Virus record (IMG/VR): IMGVR_UViG_3300031993_000018
Coordinates: 89,614-153,613 of that record
Source: a virus
Taxonomy: Duplodnaviria; Heunggongvirae; Uroviricota; Caudoviricetes
DNA length: 64,000 bases
Direction: 5' to 3' (one strand)
The notes under the pieces were generated by a model that was not told the origin of the DNA, did no database searches, and worked only from the letters and a program-made list of their open reading frames with translations. Of this stretch, positions 48,749 through 58,457 are shown piece by piece (position 1 is the stretch's first letter; every line of letters begins with the position of its first letter). Made by a program: the position numbers and the translations under genes.

Positions 48749-50719
48749 TTGGCACAGTATATCAAGATAGGAGGTAGATGGAAACAAATCAGGTCTGTCT
48801 ATAAGAAGGTAAACGGTACCTGGATCCCCCAAGAGTATTATAATTTTGATGACAATATCCACTTCTTTAATGCAGCAGAGGTGGATGTTGATGTTTTCAC
48901 TATTGTATCAGAAGACTCTTATACCGGTAAACAGTTCTATCTTGTTGCAAAGTTCAATGGTACAAGAGTGTATCCTACCTGGTCAATCACATCAGGAAAT
49001 GAATATGCCACAGTCAACAGTAATGGTAAGGTGACCATACTTGCCGGAGCCCACAATAACACTATCACAGTTCATGCTTCACTCAATGGTCTGGGAAAGT
49101 CCAAGACCATCACAGTGTCTTACAGCAACCAGTTGTCAATTGAGGGTGCTGACACAATGTCAGGAACATCGGGTAACCTGATTGCCCTTTACAACTCAAC
49201 CATAGTTGTTCCTACCTGGTCAATCACATCAGGAAGTCAGTATGCCGAGATATATCCGACAGGTCAAATCTCCATTATGGATTCAGGACAGATTACAGTA
49301 TCTGCCACATATGATGGGTATACTGCAACCAAGGTCATCACTCTTGTCTATGATGAGAACAGTTCAGCATATACAGATGTTGATCCCGACACCGGTGCAG
49401 TCACAACAACCGAGACTACAACAACAGTTGACCCGGAGACAGGTGCAACAATAGAGACAACAACATCTACAACAACCAACACTGACGGTTCTACATCAGA
49501 GACATCAACAGAGACAACAACAAACACTGATGGTTCTACAACAACCACAGAGACAACTACCAATTCAGATGGTAGCAGCAGTTCATCAACCACATCAGTG
49601 TCTTCAGCAGATTCAGATGGTGCAGTCACAACAGAGACCAGCACCACAACCAATAATGCAGATGGTACATCAACAGAGACCAACTCTACAACAGTTGAGA
49701 ATGAAGACGGATCTTCAACATCAACATCATCCACTGTAAACTATGATGAGAATGGAAATGAGACATCATCATCCTCATCAACAGTGAATGTTTCATCAGC
49801 AGATTCTGACGGTGCGGTTACGACAGAGACCAGCACAACAACAAACAATGCTGACGGTACATCATCAGAAAGTACATCCACACTGGTGGAGAATGAGGAT
49901 GGTTCATCATCATCACAGTCACAAACAGTCAACTATGATGAGAATGGTGACACCACAGGATCTACAACCAATGAGACCAATGTCAATTCTGACGGTTCAT
50001 CACAGAGTTCTACAACAAACTATGATGCATCAGGTGACCCGACAGACACAACCAATGTGGGAACAGACACCACAGGTAATGTGGACACCCAGAACATCGA
50101 GTATGATGAGGAGGGTAACCAGACAGTAACAGGTTATGACATCAACACAGAGGCAAGTGAAGGTGAAGGTAAGGAGATTAGTGGTGATGGAGTCAATACA
50201 GAGTTTGTTCCTTTTGATGACCAGGGTTCAGGATTCATCTGCCACATCAGATTCAAGACTGTTCAGTCAGAACAGCCGAGACCTCCTCTTGTTGAGGACA
50301 TAGATGACAGTGGTACAAACTATCTTTATAATGTAATGTCTGCCAAGTCACCTACAAAGATTGGTAACTACTATCCTGGCTTTGACATAAGATGGGCAAT
50401 CTCCAAGACCAATGCTTCCAGTGGAGTAATCCAGTTCAGGTATGCCCCCGCCAATTCAGGAAACACCCAGACTAACCTCACACCATATGGAGATAATGAG
50501 TATGACATCACAGTGACTTATGATCCCCATAAGTTATACAACAATTACAAGCTCAGGGTCACATCAGCACTGGGAAGTATCCAGACCATTCAGGCAGACA
50601 AGGAGTTTTCCACACTGAATATGGACTTCACAATAGGTTGCGCCCTTTCATCACAAGGTACACCATACAGACATGCCAATGTGACAATATATGAGTTCAC
50701 GATAACCAAGTTACATTAA
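48749..50719 (+). CDS. Tail fibre / receptor-binding adhesin with Big_2 Ig-like domains, Thr/Ser-rich tandem repeats and a C-terminal beta-rich domain
   Basis: Two Big_2-like blocks (ATVNSNGKVTILAGAHNNTITVHASLNGLGKSKTITVSY and AEIYPTGQISIMDSGQITVSATYDGYTATKVITLVY). A ~62-aa unit SSADSDGAVTTETSTTTNNADGTS...VENEDGSS...TVNYDENG is repeated twice, alongside shorter TTNTDGST repeats. Confidence 0.6.
   Translation: MAQYIKIGGRWKQIRSVYKKVNGTWIPQEYYNFDDNIHFFNAAEVDVDVFTIVSEDSYTGKQFYLVAKFNGTRVYPTWSITSGNEYATVNSNGKVTILAGAHNNTITVHASLNGLGKSKTITVSYSNQLSIEGADTMSGTSGNLIALYNSTIVVPTWSITSGSQYAEIYPTGQISIMDSGQITVSATYDGYTATKVITLVYDENSSAYTDVDPDTGAVTTTETTTTVDPETGATIETTTSTTTNTDGSTSETSTETTTNTDGSTTTTETTTNSDGSSSSSTTSVSSADSDGAVTTETSTTTNNADGTSTETNSTTVENEDGSSTSTSSTVNYDENGNETSSSSSTVNVSSADSDGAVTTETSTTTNNADGTSSESTSTLVENEDGSSSSQSQTVNYDENGDTTGSTTNETNVNSDGSSQSSTTNYDASGDPTDTTNVGTDTTGNVDTQNIEYDEEGNQTVTGYDINTEASEGEGKEISGDGVNTEFVPFDDQGSGFICHIRFKTVQSEQPRPPLVEDIDDSGTNYLYNVMSAKSPTKIGNYYPGFDIRWAISKTNASSGVIQFRYAPANSGNTQTNLTPYGDNEYDITVTYDPHKLYNNYKLRVTSALGSIQTIQADKEFSTLNMDFTIGCALSSQGTPYRHANVTIYEFTITKLH
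49598..49965 (+). repeat. Two tandem copies of a ~186-nt unit inside the fibre gene
   Basis: The DNA starting at 49598 (gtgtcttcagcagattcagatggtgcagtcacaacagagaccagcacc...) recurs from 49784 (gtgaatgtttcatcagcagattctgacggtgcggttacgacagagaccagcaca...) with about 85 % identity. Confidence 0.6.
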
Positions 50720-50858
50720 AACGGTTGCGACAACGAAGCACGAATCACCAATTCCAAAAGGAGTTGGTGATTTTTTTGTTAAAAAGTACGAAAATATTTG
50801 GAGGTATCAAATATTTCTTGTATATTCGTGACAGAAACCAATAAGAAAGAGGGTATAT

Positions 50859-51065
50859 ATGAATACAAAGGAAGAGATAATTGAGTTCATCAAGAATGTG
50901 AAGACAACCTCTGCAAGAAACAGTATGGGTTGTTCTGAGAACTGGTACAATGCATATTTTGCAATCTCTAAAACATTCACAATGGAGGAAATTGAGGCGA
51001 TGAGTGAGAAGGAACTGAATAATCTGGTCAAACTGGCCGACAATATTGCAGAAGGTTTATATTAA
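50859..51065 (+). CDS. Hypothetical protein
   Basis: 68 aa ORF behind extended promoter 50797..50828. Confidence 0.4.
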   Translation: MNTKEEIIEFIKNVKTTSARNSMGCSENWYNAYFAISKTFTMEEIEAMSEKELNNLVKLADNIAEGLY

Positions 51066-51076
51066 AACTGACAATT

Positions 51077-51289
51077 ATGACAAAGAAATCAATCCTGGTG
51101 CGCAAGATGCGCAGGGCATACAACAATAAGCACAACAGAGAGTATTCATTATTCAAGGGTTACCCCAGTGACACATACTTTGGTTACTACTCCTTTGATG
51201 AAATGAAGAAGAGTGTACTCAAAGATTTCAGAGAGTATTATGGAAAGGGATTGAAGAGATACAGATTCAAAAAATTAACACATTGCTGA
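51077..51289 (+). CDS. Small basic protein
   Basis: 70 aa, K/R-rich. Confidence 0.35.
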   Translation: MTKKSILVRKMRRAYNNKHNREYSLFKGYPSDTYFGYYSFDEMKKSVLKDFREYYGKGLKRYRFKKLTHC

Positions 51290-51357
51290 CAATCTGTCAT
51301 ACAAACCCGACGGTACAGCATTTGTATTATATATTGAGGATTTAAAACAACAAAGAT

Positions 51358-52197
51358 ATGGTTATAAATTACACCAACCTTAATGAGAACATCAACATCT
51401 ATTTCAAGGAGATCCGCAACTTCGCATCCCTGACAAGAGAAGATGAGGTAAGACTGTTCTCAAGAATCAAGACAGGTGACAAGTCAGCACAGGCTGAAAT
51501 CTTCAACAGGATGGCCAAGCTGGCGGTCAACATTGCCAAGACATACACAGGTGATGCAGACCTTTTGGAAGATCTCATCCAGGAGGCAAACATTGGTATC
51601 CTTACCGCCATTGACAAGTTTGACCTCAATTCCGGTTTCAGATTTTCATCATATGCCCGTTACTGGATGAAGGCCGCCATTTCCAAGTATCTTGATGAAA
51701 TGGGTGTGGTACGTCACTGCAATCCCCATCTTGTTGACCTGGCCAACAAAATCCGTGAGAAGTTCTACAAGGAGAACCAAAGGGATATCACCAGTGTGGA
51801 ACTGATGGATATGTTGGAGGATGCAGGTGAGGTGGTTGATGACATCAAGTCAATCACCAGCATCACCAATGTGAGGATTGATCTTCCTTATGATTGTGAT
51901 GAGTCCGGAAAGCCAAAGGGCGAATATGGAGACTTCGCAGACCGTACTGCCTGTGACAATGGGTTTGTAGAAAAGGAAAGAGCCGAGGAACTTTCAGAAG
52001 ACATCAGACGAAGACTCTCAAGACTCACTCCGAGGGAGCAGCAGTTGGTCCTGTTGATGTACGGTTTCGTCACCGGAGAAGAAATGGGTTATGACGCTGT
52101 TACAGAAAGGTGGAATGAAGGTAAGCCCGAGAAGGAACAGCTCACACAGGAGAGAGTCCGTCAGATCATCAAGGGTGCACTCAAAAAGATGAAGTAA
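51358..52197 (+). CDS. Sigma-70 family RNA polymerase sigma factor
   Basis: Region 2 LLEDLIQEANIGILTAIDKFDLNSGFRFSSYARYWMKAAI (compare DLIQEGNIGLMKAVDKFD...F.TYA.WWIRQAI); region 4 LTPREQQLVLLMYGF...ERVRQIIKGALKKM. Confidence 0.7.
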   Translation: MVINYTNLNENINIYFKEIRNFASLTREDEVRLFSRIKTGDKSAQAEIFNRMAKLAVNIAKTYTGDADLLEDLIQEANIGILTAIDKFDLNSGFRFSSYARYWMKAAISKYLDEMGVVRHCNPHLVDLANKIREKFYKENQRDITSVELMDMLEDAGEVVDDIKSITSITNVRIDLPYDCDESGKPKGEYGDFADRTACDNGFVEKERAEELSEDIRRRLSRLTPREQQLVLLMYGFVTGEEMGYDAVTERWNEGKPEKEQLTQERVRQIIKGALKKMK

Positions 52198-52384
52198 TGA
52201 CACAGGTTCAGATACAAATGCTTGAGAGTGCAATCCAGACTCATCAGAGTTCCCTTTACAGGGATGCGGAGGCATACAAGCGTCAGAACAACACTGAAGC
52301 AGTCAAGGACTGTCTTGCTGAGATAAAGAAGTTTGAAGACTTGAAAAAGTCACTTAAATCAATCCCTGTAGAAAAGTAATCACT

Positions 52385-52663
52385 ATGTTCCCATTTTTTA
52401 TCATCCCCTGGATACACTGGGCAATCAACAGAGAGGATCTCCCGGAGATAGACTCATCAAAAGAAACATTAAAGACAGCTATATATTTTGCCATCATCAC
52501 CCCCATATGGTTTGGATTGGGCATATGGTTCATTCCGAATATAGTAAGTGCCGGCAACCCGACTTTTGATATCGGACTGATTAAAATGGTAATATGTATA
52601 TTGGTATGGTTAGCAGTCTATGCTGCCGCAGGTGTAATAGGAATCAAGAAGATATTCAAATAA
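52385..52663 (+). CDS. Small membrane protein
   Basis: Three hydrophobic helices. Confidence 0.35.
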   Translation: MFPFFIIPWIHWAINREDLPEIDSSKETLKTAIYFAIITPIWFGLGIWFIPNIVSAGNPTFDIGLIKMVICILVWLAVYAAAGVIGIKKIFK

Positions 52664-53833
52664 TAAATTGTAAATAACTTTTGCTCACCTTATAAACGAG
52701 GTGAGCAAAATAAAACAGATAGGAAATATGGAAATAGAGGACATTACAGATCTCAATCCGGAGGAAGTACAGAATCTGGAGGTAAAGGAGTCAATTGAGG
52801 GGTGTGGTTTTGTTGCAAGAGACAAGTGTGGAGACTTGTATTTCTTCAACACTTTTGAGAAACCCATAAGAGATAAGTTTCTTGGTATCAAGAGTGGTAG
52901 ATGGGTTTCAGTGAAAAGATGTCTTGTATTCAGACTGAATCCCAAAAGTTTCAAGAATGTTACCTGGGAGTCAGAGCCATTGATGGTGACACTGACAATA
53001 AAACCTAATGACTGGACAAAATGACAGACAAAAAGAAAAAAATTAGGGATATTCTCCTGCCTACACTGGTACTCCAGATGTTCGCTCATAAGACTTCTGA
53101 TGAAACATTGGAGGAAATTACAGATTCCTTCAATGATGACATCAAGAAACTTGAAGAACAGATGAAGCAGTCAATCATTGATGAGAAAATCTCCAATGAC
53201 AGGTACAACAAGGAACAGATGAAATTCAGAAAAAGGTTTTATAAGAAATGAACAACTTTACAAGTATAGAGGAAGGTTACACCCTGTTACACCTGGGTGT
53301 CAATAGGATCAGTGCAGATATGTACTATGGTTACAAGAGGGAGAAACCCGTTCCTCTTCCATACAATGATGTGGAGATAACCCATTTATGTACACCTTGC
53401 TGGACAGTTGGGGCACTGTTGGAAATCCTGCCGTCAGGTAGTTCAATTGTCAAGAAAAGTGAGGGTGCATATTACTGCACATGTCCACTGAAGAAGGATG
53501 AGGTTCCCACAACATATGAGACTCCTGTCAAGGCAGCATATGAAATGGTGGTCTGGTTGTTGAAAAAGAAAAGAAACAAGTAATGTCAAGGGAATGGATA
53601 GAACATCAGGACAACAGTGGTGAAACCATCTTCAGGGTGGGAGACACTGTTGAGGCAGGTGACATCAGATATGAACTGGGAACCTGTTTCAGACCTGGTA
53701 TATCCATCATTGAAATCAACATCACAAGGAGATCAATCACAACCCACAATGAAGGGTTTGGAAATTTCCAGATGACATACAGTAAGAATATGTCCGAAGA
53801 GGACTTCTATAATGAAATCAAAAAGAGACTGAT

Positions 53834-54277
53834 ATGAAAGAGATAACATACAGTAACAGTATGAATAATGTCTACCTGGCAGACAAGGGTGAATACAAGG
53901 GAGTCAAGTACTTCATCATTGCTGGTGGTATCCATCCCTGTGCATATGTCATGTGTGACGAGGAGTTTGTCAACAACCACAGGAATGAGTGGGGAGACCT
54001 GGACTGCATCAGTGTGCATGGTGGCGTCACCTGGTTGGAAGATGCCGACCATCTGAAGTGTCACCCTGATGACTGCACAGGTATATGCTTCGGTTGGGAC
54101 TATGGTCATGCCGGTGACTGGGCAGGTTACCATCAGGATGTGGAGAATATGGTCTATGAGAACCACAAATACACTCTGATGGAAATCCAGTATCACTGTA
54201 AGGATGCCATTGACCAGTACCTGAAAGCAATCAGGAAAGAGAGAAGAGGTGACAACTACAACAAAAGTGAAAAGTGA
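53834..54277 (+). CDS. Hypothetical His/Cys-rich protein
   Basis: HPCAYVMCDEEF...CISVHGG...HLKCHPDDCTGICFGWDYGHAGDWAGYH suggests metal binding. Confidence 0.4.
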   Translation: MKEITYSNSMNNVYLADKGEYKGVKYFIIAGGIHPCAYVMCDEEFVNNHRNEWGDLDCISVHGGVTWLEDADHLKCHPDDCTGICFGWDYGHAGDWAGYHQDVENMVYENHKYTLMEIQYHCKDAIDQYLKAIRKERRGDNYNKSEK

Positions 54278-54346
54278 TATGAAACCTTGCGATAACGACC
54301 CGCGATAAACCCTTTGTGTTAAAAAGTCTAAAAATATCAGGAAATA

Positions 54347-54378
54347 TTTGGTGGTTCCGAAAATATATTGTATCTTTA
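54347..54378 (+). promoter_or_regulatory. Sigma-AB type promoter, extended conserved form
   Basis: gaaatatTTGgtggttccgaaaatatattgTATCTTTAcatcagaaac. Confidence 0.5.
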
Positions 54379-54400
54379 CATCAGAAACAAGAAACAAAAA

Positions 54401-54980
54401 CATAAAAGATATGAGTACAACAAACTACAACTTCAAGAGAATGGATGAGGATGAGAAGATCCTTGCTATGGTAGAGTTGCTTGGCGCAAATTCCCCAGAG
54501 ACAGCAGTCACAATGGAGCAGATAATCGCCAAGGGTATCGAGACAGGAGCCACTGAAGACTATTTCAGAGAGAACTGGCATGGTTACAAGGAGGGAGATC
54601 ATCCCTGGTGGCAGAAGGTCGCCCCTATGATGGGTGTAGGCACAATCGAGGAGGTCAGAGCACATGACTGTCCCCATCTTCACCGCCGTCAGGTCAAGGA
54701 AATGAAGAATGACCGCAAGACCAATGTCATGAGATACTGGATTGATGAGTCAATGACTCACAAACAGGTCATCAGACAGAAGAAGGTCAAGACAAAGGTC
54801 AATGTTCTTCCTGAGATTCCACCTATGGAGGTAAGGTTCAGAGGTGAGGATGGTGCACAGCAGAAGGCTAAGGAGAATCCAGACTGGATTGCCATCAATG
54901 GAAGGGTTTACAGCCGCCAGTTCATCCTGGATCACCCAGAGAAATTCAATTCTGTTGAGATTGCTATGGCCAGACAGTAA
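54401..54980 (+). CDS. Hypothetical protein
   Basis: Internal ATG of ORF 54348..54980, placed after the promoter. Confidence 0.45.
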
Positions 54981-55115
54981 CACTTAAATCATCACAATAT
55001 GAAAAAGGGAAGCAAAACAATCCTGGGAGAGTACACAATATCTGACAATCCCATTGAAGGAAGACGAGTGGCAGTCCATTACAGTGACGGTTCCACAAAA
55101 ATAATCTGCAAATAA

Positions 55116-55147
55116 TTTGGAATATCCGAAAAGATCCATTATATTTG
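55116..55147 (+). promoter_or_regulatory. Sigma-AB type promoter (TTTG, then 20 nt, then TATATTTG)
   Basis: aataaTTTGgaatatccgaaaagatccatTATATTTGtaatg. Confidence 0.5.
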
Positions 55148-55500
55148 TAATGTAAGGGAATAAGATATGAAGAAAAGATTCAATGTTATCAGACAGGTCC
55201 TCGTCACAACAGAGGACATCTGGGAGGCAGAGTCAGAACAGGAGATCCTGGACAGGCTTGAGGATGGAACATCACTTGCCGGGGAAATATCTCTCTTGGG
55301 ACTCAAGTCAAGACCGGGAAGGATTGTCAAGTATCAGTTCCCGACTGATCCAAAAGTAAAAGAGTTAAATAAACCGTTGTGATGTTGTTTTAAGTCCTAA
55401 AGATTCATACCGCAATCATCAAAAATAAAATATTGATTATTACTTTTAAGAATCTTGTTAATCCGCTTTAAGACAACATCACAACATAAAAATCAAAACA

Positions 55501-55755
55501 ATGGCAATACGAAAAGTAACAAATGAGGAACTTCGTCAGATGATGAAGGAGGGAAAGGTGACTTTCCAGTACAAGAAGAAGGACGGTTCAATCCGTCAGG
55601 CAACAGGTACACTCAAACCTGAGCTCATTGAGAAGAAATCACAAGGAGGTCCTTGTTATCCCAAGGAAGCAGGATATTCAGTCTATTGGGATATGGATAA
55701 GAGGTGGTACAGAGTCTATGCGGAGTCTCAGCTTGTTGGTGTTGTCGAAGGTTAA
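55501..55755 (+). CDS. Small stand-alone domain protein, homologous to the C-terminal domain of leader-family member 58458..58892
   Basis: VTFQYKKKDGSIRQATGTLKPELIEKKSQGGPCYPKEAGYSVYWDMDKRWYRVYAESQLVGV aligns with IVRFQYRKK....RTAWGTRKSEVITKIPHGGECPPKKVGYSLYFDMEKSDWRVFWSGRLIGV. Confidence 0.5.
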   Translation: MAIRKVTNEELRQMMKEGKVTFQYKKKDGSIRQATGTLKPELIEKKSQGGPCYPKEAGYSVYWDMDKRWYRVYAESQLVGVVEG

Positions 55756-55766
55756 TCACAATCAAT

Positions 55767-56354
55767 ATGAATAATATAGTCAGAGAATCTATAATGGCAG
55801 GAATTCTCATTGGTCTGGGTGCATATGGTTACCTGGCCCTGGGTGGAATCCCCGGTGCAATCATCTTTGCCTTCGGTCTGATATGTGTTGTCCTTATGGA
55901 AGCATATCTCTATACCGGAAAGGCAGGAGTCCTCACCAACATCAAAAATGTGACTACCATCTGGTTTTTCAACATCCTTGCCTGTGGACTCATAGGTCTG
56001 ATGGTCTGGTATCTGGGTGGAAAACCTGTTGAGGTAGCACAGGAAATTGTCGCAAACCGTCTCGCGACAGAACCTCTCAAGGTATTCCTCAAGGCACTTG
56101 GTTGCGGACTCATCATTGATCTCTCCTGTGCCTCATACAGAGGTAGCAAGAGTCTCCTTCCCATTCTTTTCGGTGTCCCATTGTTCATCATACTGGGATT
56201 CTACCATTCAATTGCAGATGTGGTTTACATTGTTGCTGCATGGGACTGGTCAAAGGATCTCATCTGGTATTACCCCCTGATTGTAGTGGGTAACTATGTG
56301 GGATGCAACATCAGAAGACTGGTATATGTAACCAGATGGATTCAGATAGGATAA
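55767..56354 (+). CDS. Multi-TM channel-like protein, possible FNT (formate/nitrite transporter) family
   Basis: GLICVVLMEAYLYTG resembles FocA SLGLILCVVCGADLFTS (L-F-T signature). LGFYHSIADVVYI resembles FocA SGFEHSIANMFM (conserved His of TM5). At 196 aa it is shorter than canonical FNT proteins. Confidence 0.35.
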   Translation: MNNIVRESIMAGILIGLGAYGYLALGGIPGAIIFAFGLICVVLMEAYLYTGKAGVLTNIKNVTTIWFFNILACGLIGLMVWYLGGKPVEVAQEIVANRLATEPLKVFLKALGCGLIIDLSCASYRGSKSLLPILFGVPLFIILGFYHSIADVVYIVAAWDWSKDLIWYYPLIVVGNYVGCNIRRLVYVTRWIQIG

Positions 56355-56535
56355 TAATCTAAAACAAATTGACAATGAAAGATAACTTAATCAACCTGAT
56401 TTTAGACAACAGAAATTCTGTTTCTGACAAGGTGTTGGAAATTATGCTTGAGAAGTTGTACCAGGCAGGTACACAGGCAGGCTGGGTAGATGGTTTCAAT
56501 AACGGAGTAAATTATCAGCAATCAAATTAAAAGAT

Positions 56536-57159
56536 ATGGGTAAGAAAATAATTACCATCATCATTGATGATGACAAGAAGAGCATGAGTGTTGACATTAT
56601 CAAGGAGAAAGAGACCAATGTGGGAAAGTACATTGTCACCACCTCAAACTTCTCCGGATATGGAAAGGATATCCTGGATGATGCGTATGTGATAGGAATC
56701 CCCTGCAAGATTCTGACAGAACCATATCAGAAAAGAAAAAAGAACATCCTGGGTCATTATGAAGAGACCAAGGAGGTCATTGATGTCATGTCAATGGTGA
56801 CAGGTAAGACATATACAATCCCGACAGGTTGGGGAAACATATTTGACACCCTGGAGGAAGCAAACAACATTGCAAAAACCAAGGGAACATACAATCCTTC
56901 AACCAAAAACCTCATAGGTAAAAAGTACTGGCCATATAGTAACTCATTCAACAAGGATTTGGTGACCGGTGCAAGGTATAATCTTGTTGATAAAGAGTGC
57001 AGGATAGTCTCTGAACCGTTCAGGGAAAAGACCGGTGACCCGCAGTTCAAGAATGTGGAATGTGATTTCATTCTCGTGTATCATGAGGGAATGGTCTACA
57101 GGGTACAGTTCGGTGAGTGGGGACTTCAGGATCGTTTATATCGTTTAACCAAAAAATAA
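56536..57159 (+). CDS. Hypothetical protein, paralog family B
   Basis: About 40 % identical to 57783..58364 (KKIITI.I..D...NVGK..V.T.N......DAY..G.PCKIL.EPY...). Confidence 0.5.
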   Translation: MGKKIITIIIDDDKKSMSVDIIKEKETNVGKYIVTTSNFSGYGKDILDDAYVIGIPCKILTEPYQKRKKNILGHYEETKEVIDVMSMVTGKTYTIPTGWGNIFDTLEEANNIAKTKGTYNPSTKNLIGKKYWPYSNSFNKDLVTGARYNLVDKECRIVSEPFREKTGDPQFKNVECDFILVYHEGMVYRVQFGEWGLQDRLYRLTKK

Positions 57160-57163
57160 ACTC

Positions 57164-57772
57164 ATGTACAGACATAATTCAAAAAAGGCTGTAAAAGAGA
57201 TGGAGGCAGGTCTCCAGGCAATGGCGAACATCAAGGTAAAGTATGGCATCAGAGGTATCCAGTCTGCCCGTTTTATGAAGGACAGTGTTGTCGCTGACAA
57301 TCTCGGAAATGTCCAGATGAACACCAATCCTCACGGATGGGATGGAATATTCAGCAATGGTGTCTTCTATGAGAACAAGAATGTGTCGGCCGATGCCAAG
57401 AGTCAGGTCTCATTCTCACTCAAGTTCCAGGACACTTCAGAGGAAAAACTTGAGGAACTCAAGGATGGAGTCATCTGCACCACATCATTCTTTGATGACG
57501 GCAAGGCATGTCCTGGTTTCCTGATGGTTGGAAACACCAGGATGGTGGGAGATCTCCTTCAGATCTCATACAACCCCACAACCAGGAAGTCCTGTCAGGT
57601 AAGCCTGCCCAAGTGTATCAAGAATGGTTTCAAGATTGTCGCCTGGGAGTATGACAGAAAGCAGGTATGGGATATCCTCTCCTCAAAGTTCCCCCGTCTG
57701 GGAAATGTGATGACCATAAATGACATTCACACCAAGAGGGATCTCAAGAACCTGGTCGCAAATATGATGTAA
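57164..57772 (+). CDS. Hypothetical protein
   Basis: 202 aa ORF between the two family-B paralogs. Confidence 0.45.
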   Translation: MYRHNSKKAVKEMEAGLQAMANIKVKYGIRGIQSARFMKDSVVADNLGNVQMNTNPHGWDGIFSNGVFYENKNVSADAKSQVSFSLKFQDTSEEKLEELKDGVICTTSFFDDGKACPGFLMVGNTRMVGDLLQISYNPTTRKSCQVSLPKCIKNGFKIVAWEYDRKQVWDILSSKFPRLGNVMTINDIHTKRDLKNLVANMM

Positions 57773-57782
57773 TCTGGTAACT

Positions 57783-58364
57783 ATGGCAAAGAAGATTATA
57801 ACAATTCAGATTGAGATTGATGTCCCCGAGTCAAATGTGGGAAAGTTTATGGTTCCAACACACAACTATGGTGAAGTGGATGAAAATGATGCATATCTGG
57901 CCGGTGTTCCCTGCAAGATTCTCTCTGAACCTTATATGGCAACAGTGAAGACTTTCTGTGGGATACAGGAAAGAAGGGAACTTGTTGATGTGAAGTCAAT
58001 GGTGTCCAACATCAAGTACACAATTCCCACAAGTCTGTTCGGTCCGGTCTATGACACACTGGCAGAGGCCAATAAGCATGCAAAGATTCAGGGTGTTGAG
58101 AACCCCAGGATGAAGGATCTCATAGGAAAGAGGTACTACCCCTTCGACAATTCCTGGAACAAGGATTTGGTCAATGGAAAGTGGCATAACCTTATTGACA
58201 GTGACTGTACAATCATAGGAATCCCCTTCAAGGAACTGACGGGTGATCCCTTTCCGGATGTAATAGACAAAAAGATGGTCTTTGTCCATGTCCTTTCGAA
58301 TGGACAGGCACACAGAGTCCTCTATGGTGACTGGGGTCTGATTCCTGGTAAGTTAAGGAAATAA
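57783..58364 (+). CDS. Hypothetical protein, paralog family B
   Basis: Homolog of 56536..57159; followed by a terminator plus TTTTGTTATATTTAA cassette. Confidence 0.5.
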   Translation: MAKKIITIQIEIDVPESNVGKFMVPTHNYGEVDENDAYLAGVPCKILSEPYMATVKTFCGIQERRELVDVKSMVSNIKYTIPTSLFGPVYDTLAEANKHAKIQGVENPRMKDLIGKRYYPFDNSWNKDLVNGKWHNLIDSDCTIIGIPFKELTGDPFPDVIDKKMVFVHVLSNGQAHRVLYGDWGLIPGKLRK

Positions 58365-58457
58365 AAACAGTCCTCCGGGCCAAAATTCCGGAGGATTTTG
58401 TTATATTTAATATGTGAAACGGACATAAATAAAGTATATAACTAAATCACTGTTAAT

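Noticed and set aside
49206-50129. Alternative-frame ORFs inside the tail-fibre gene (49206..49454, 49530..49739, 49788..50129, minus 49348..49734)
   Set aside because: They arise from the low-complexity Thr/Ser-rich ACN-repeat DNA, which is open in several frames. The frame giving Big_2 domains and a continuous 656-aa protein is the real one.
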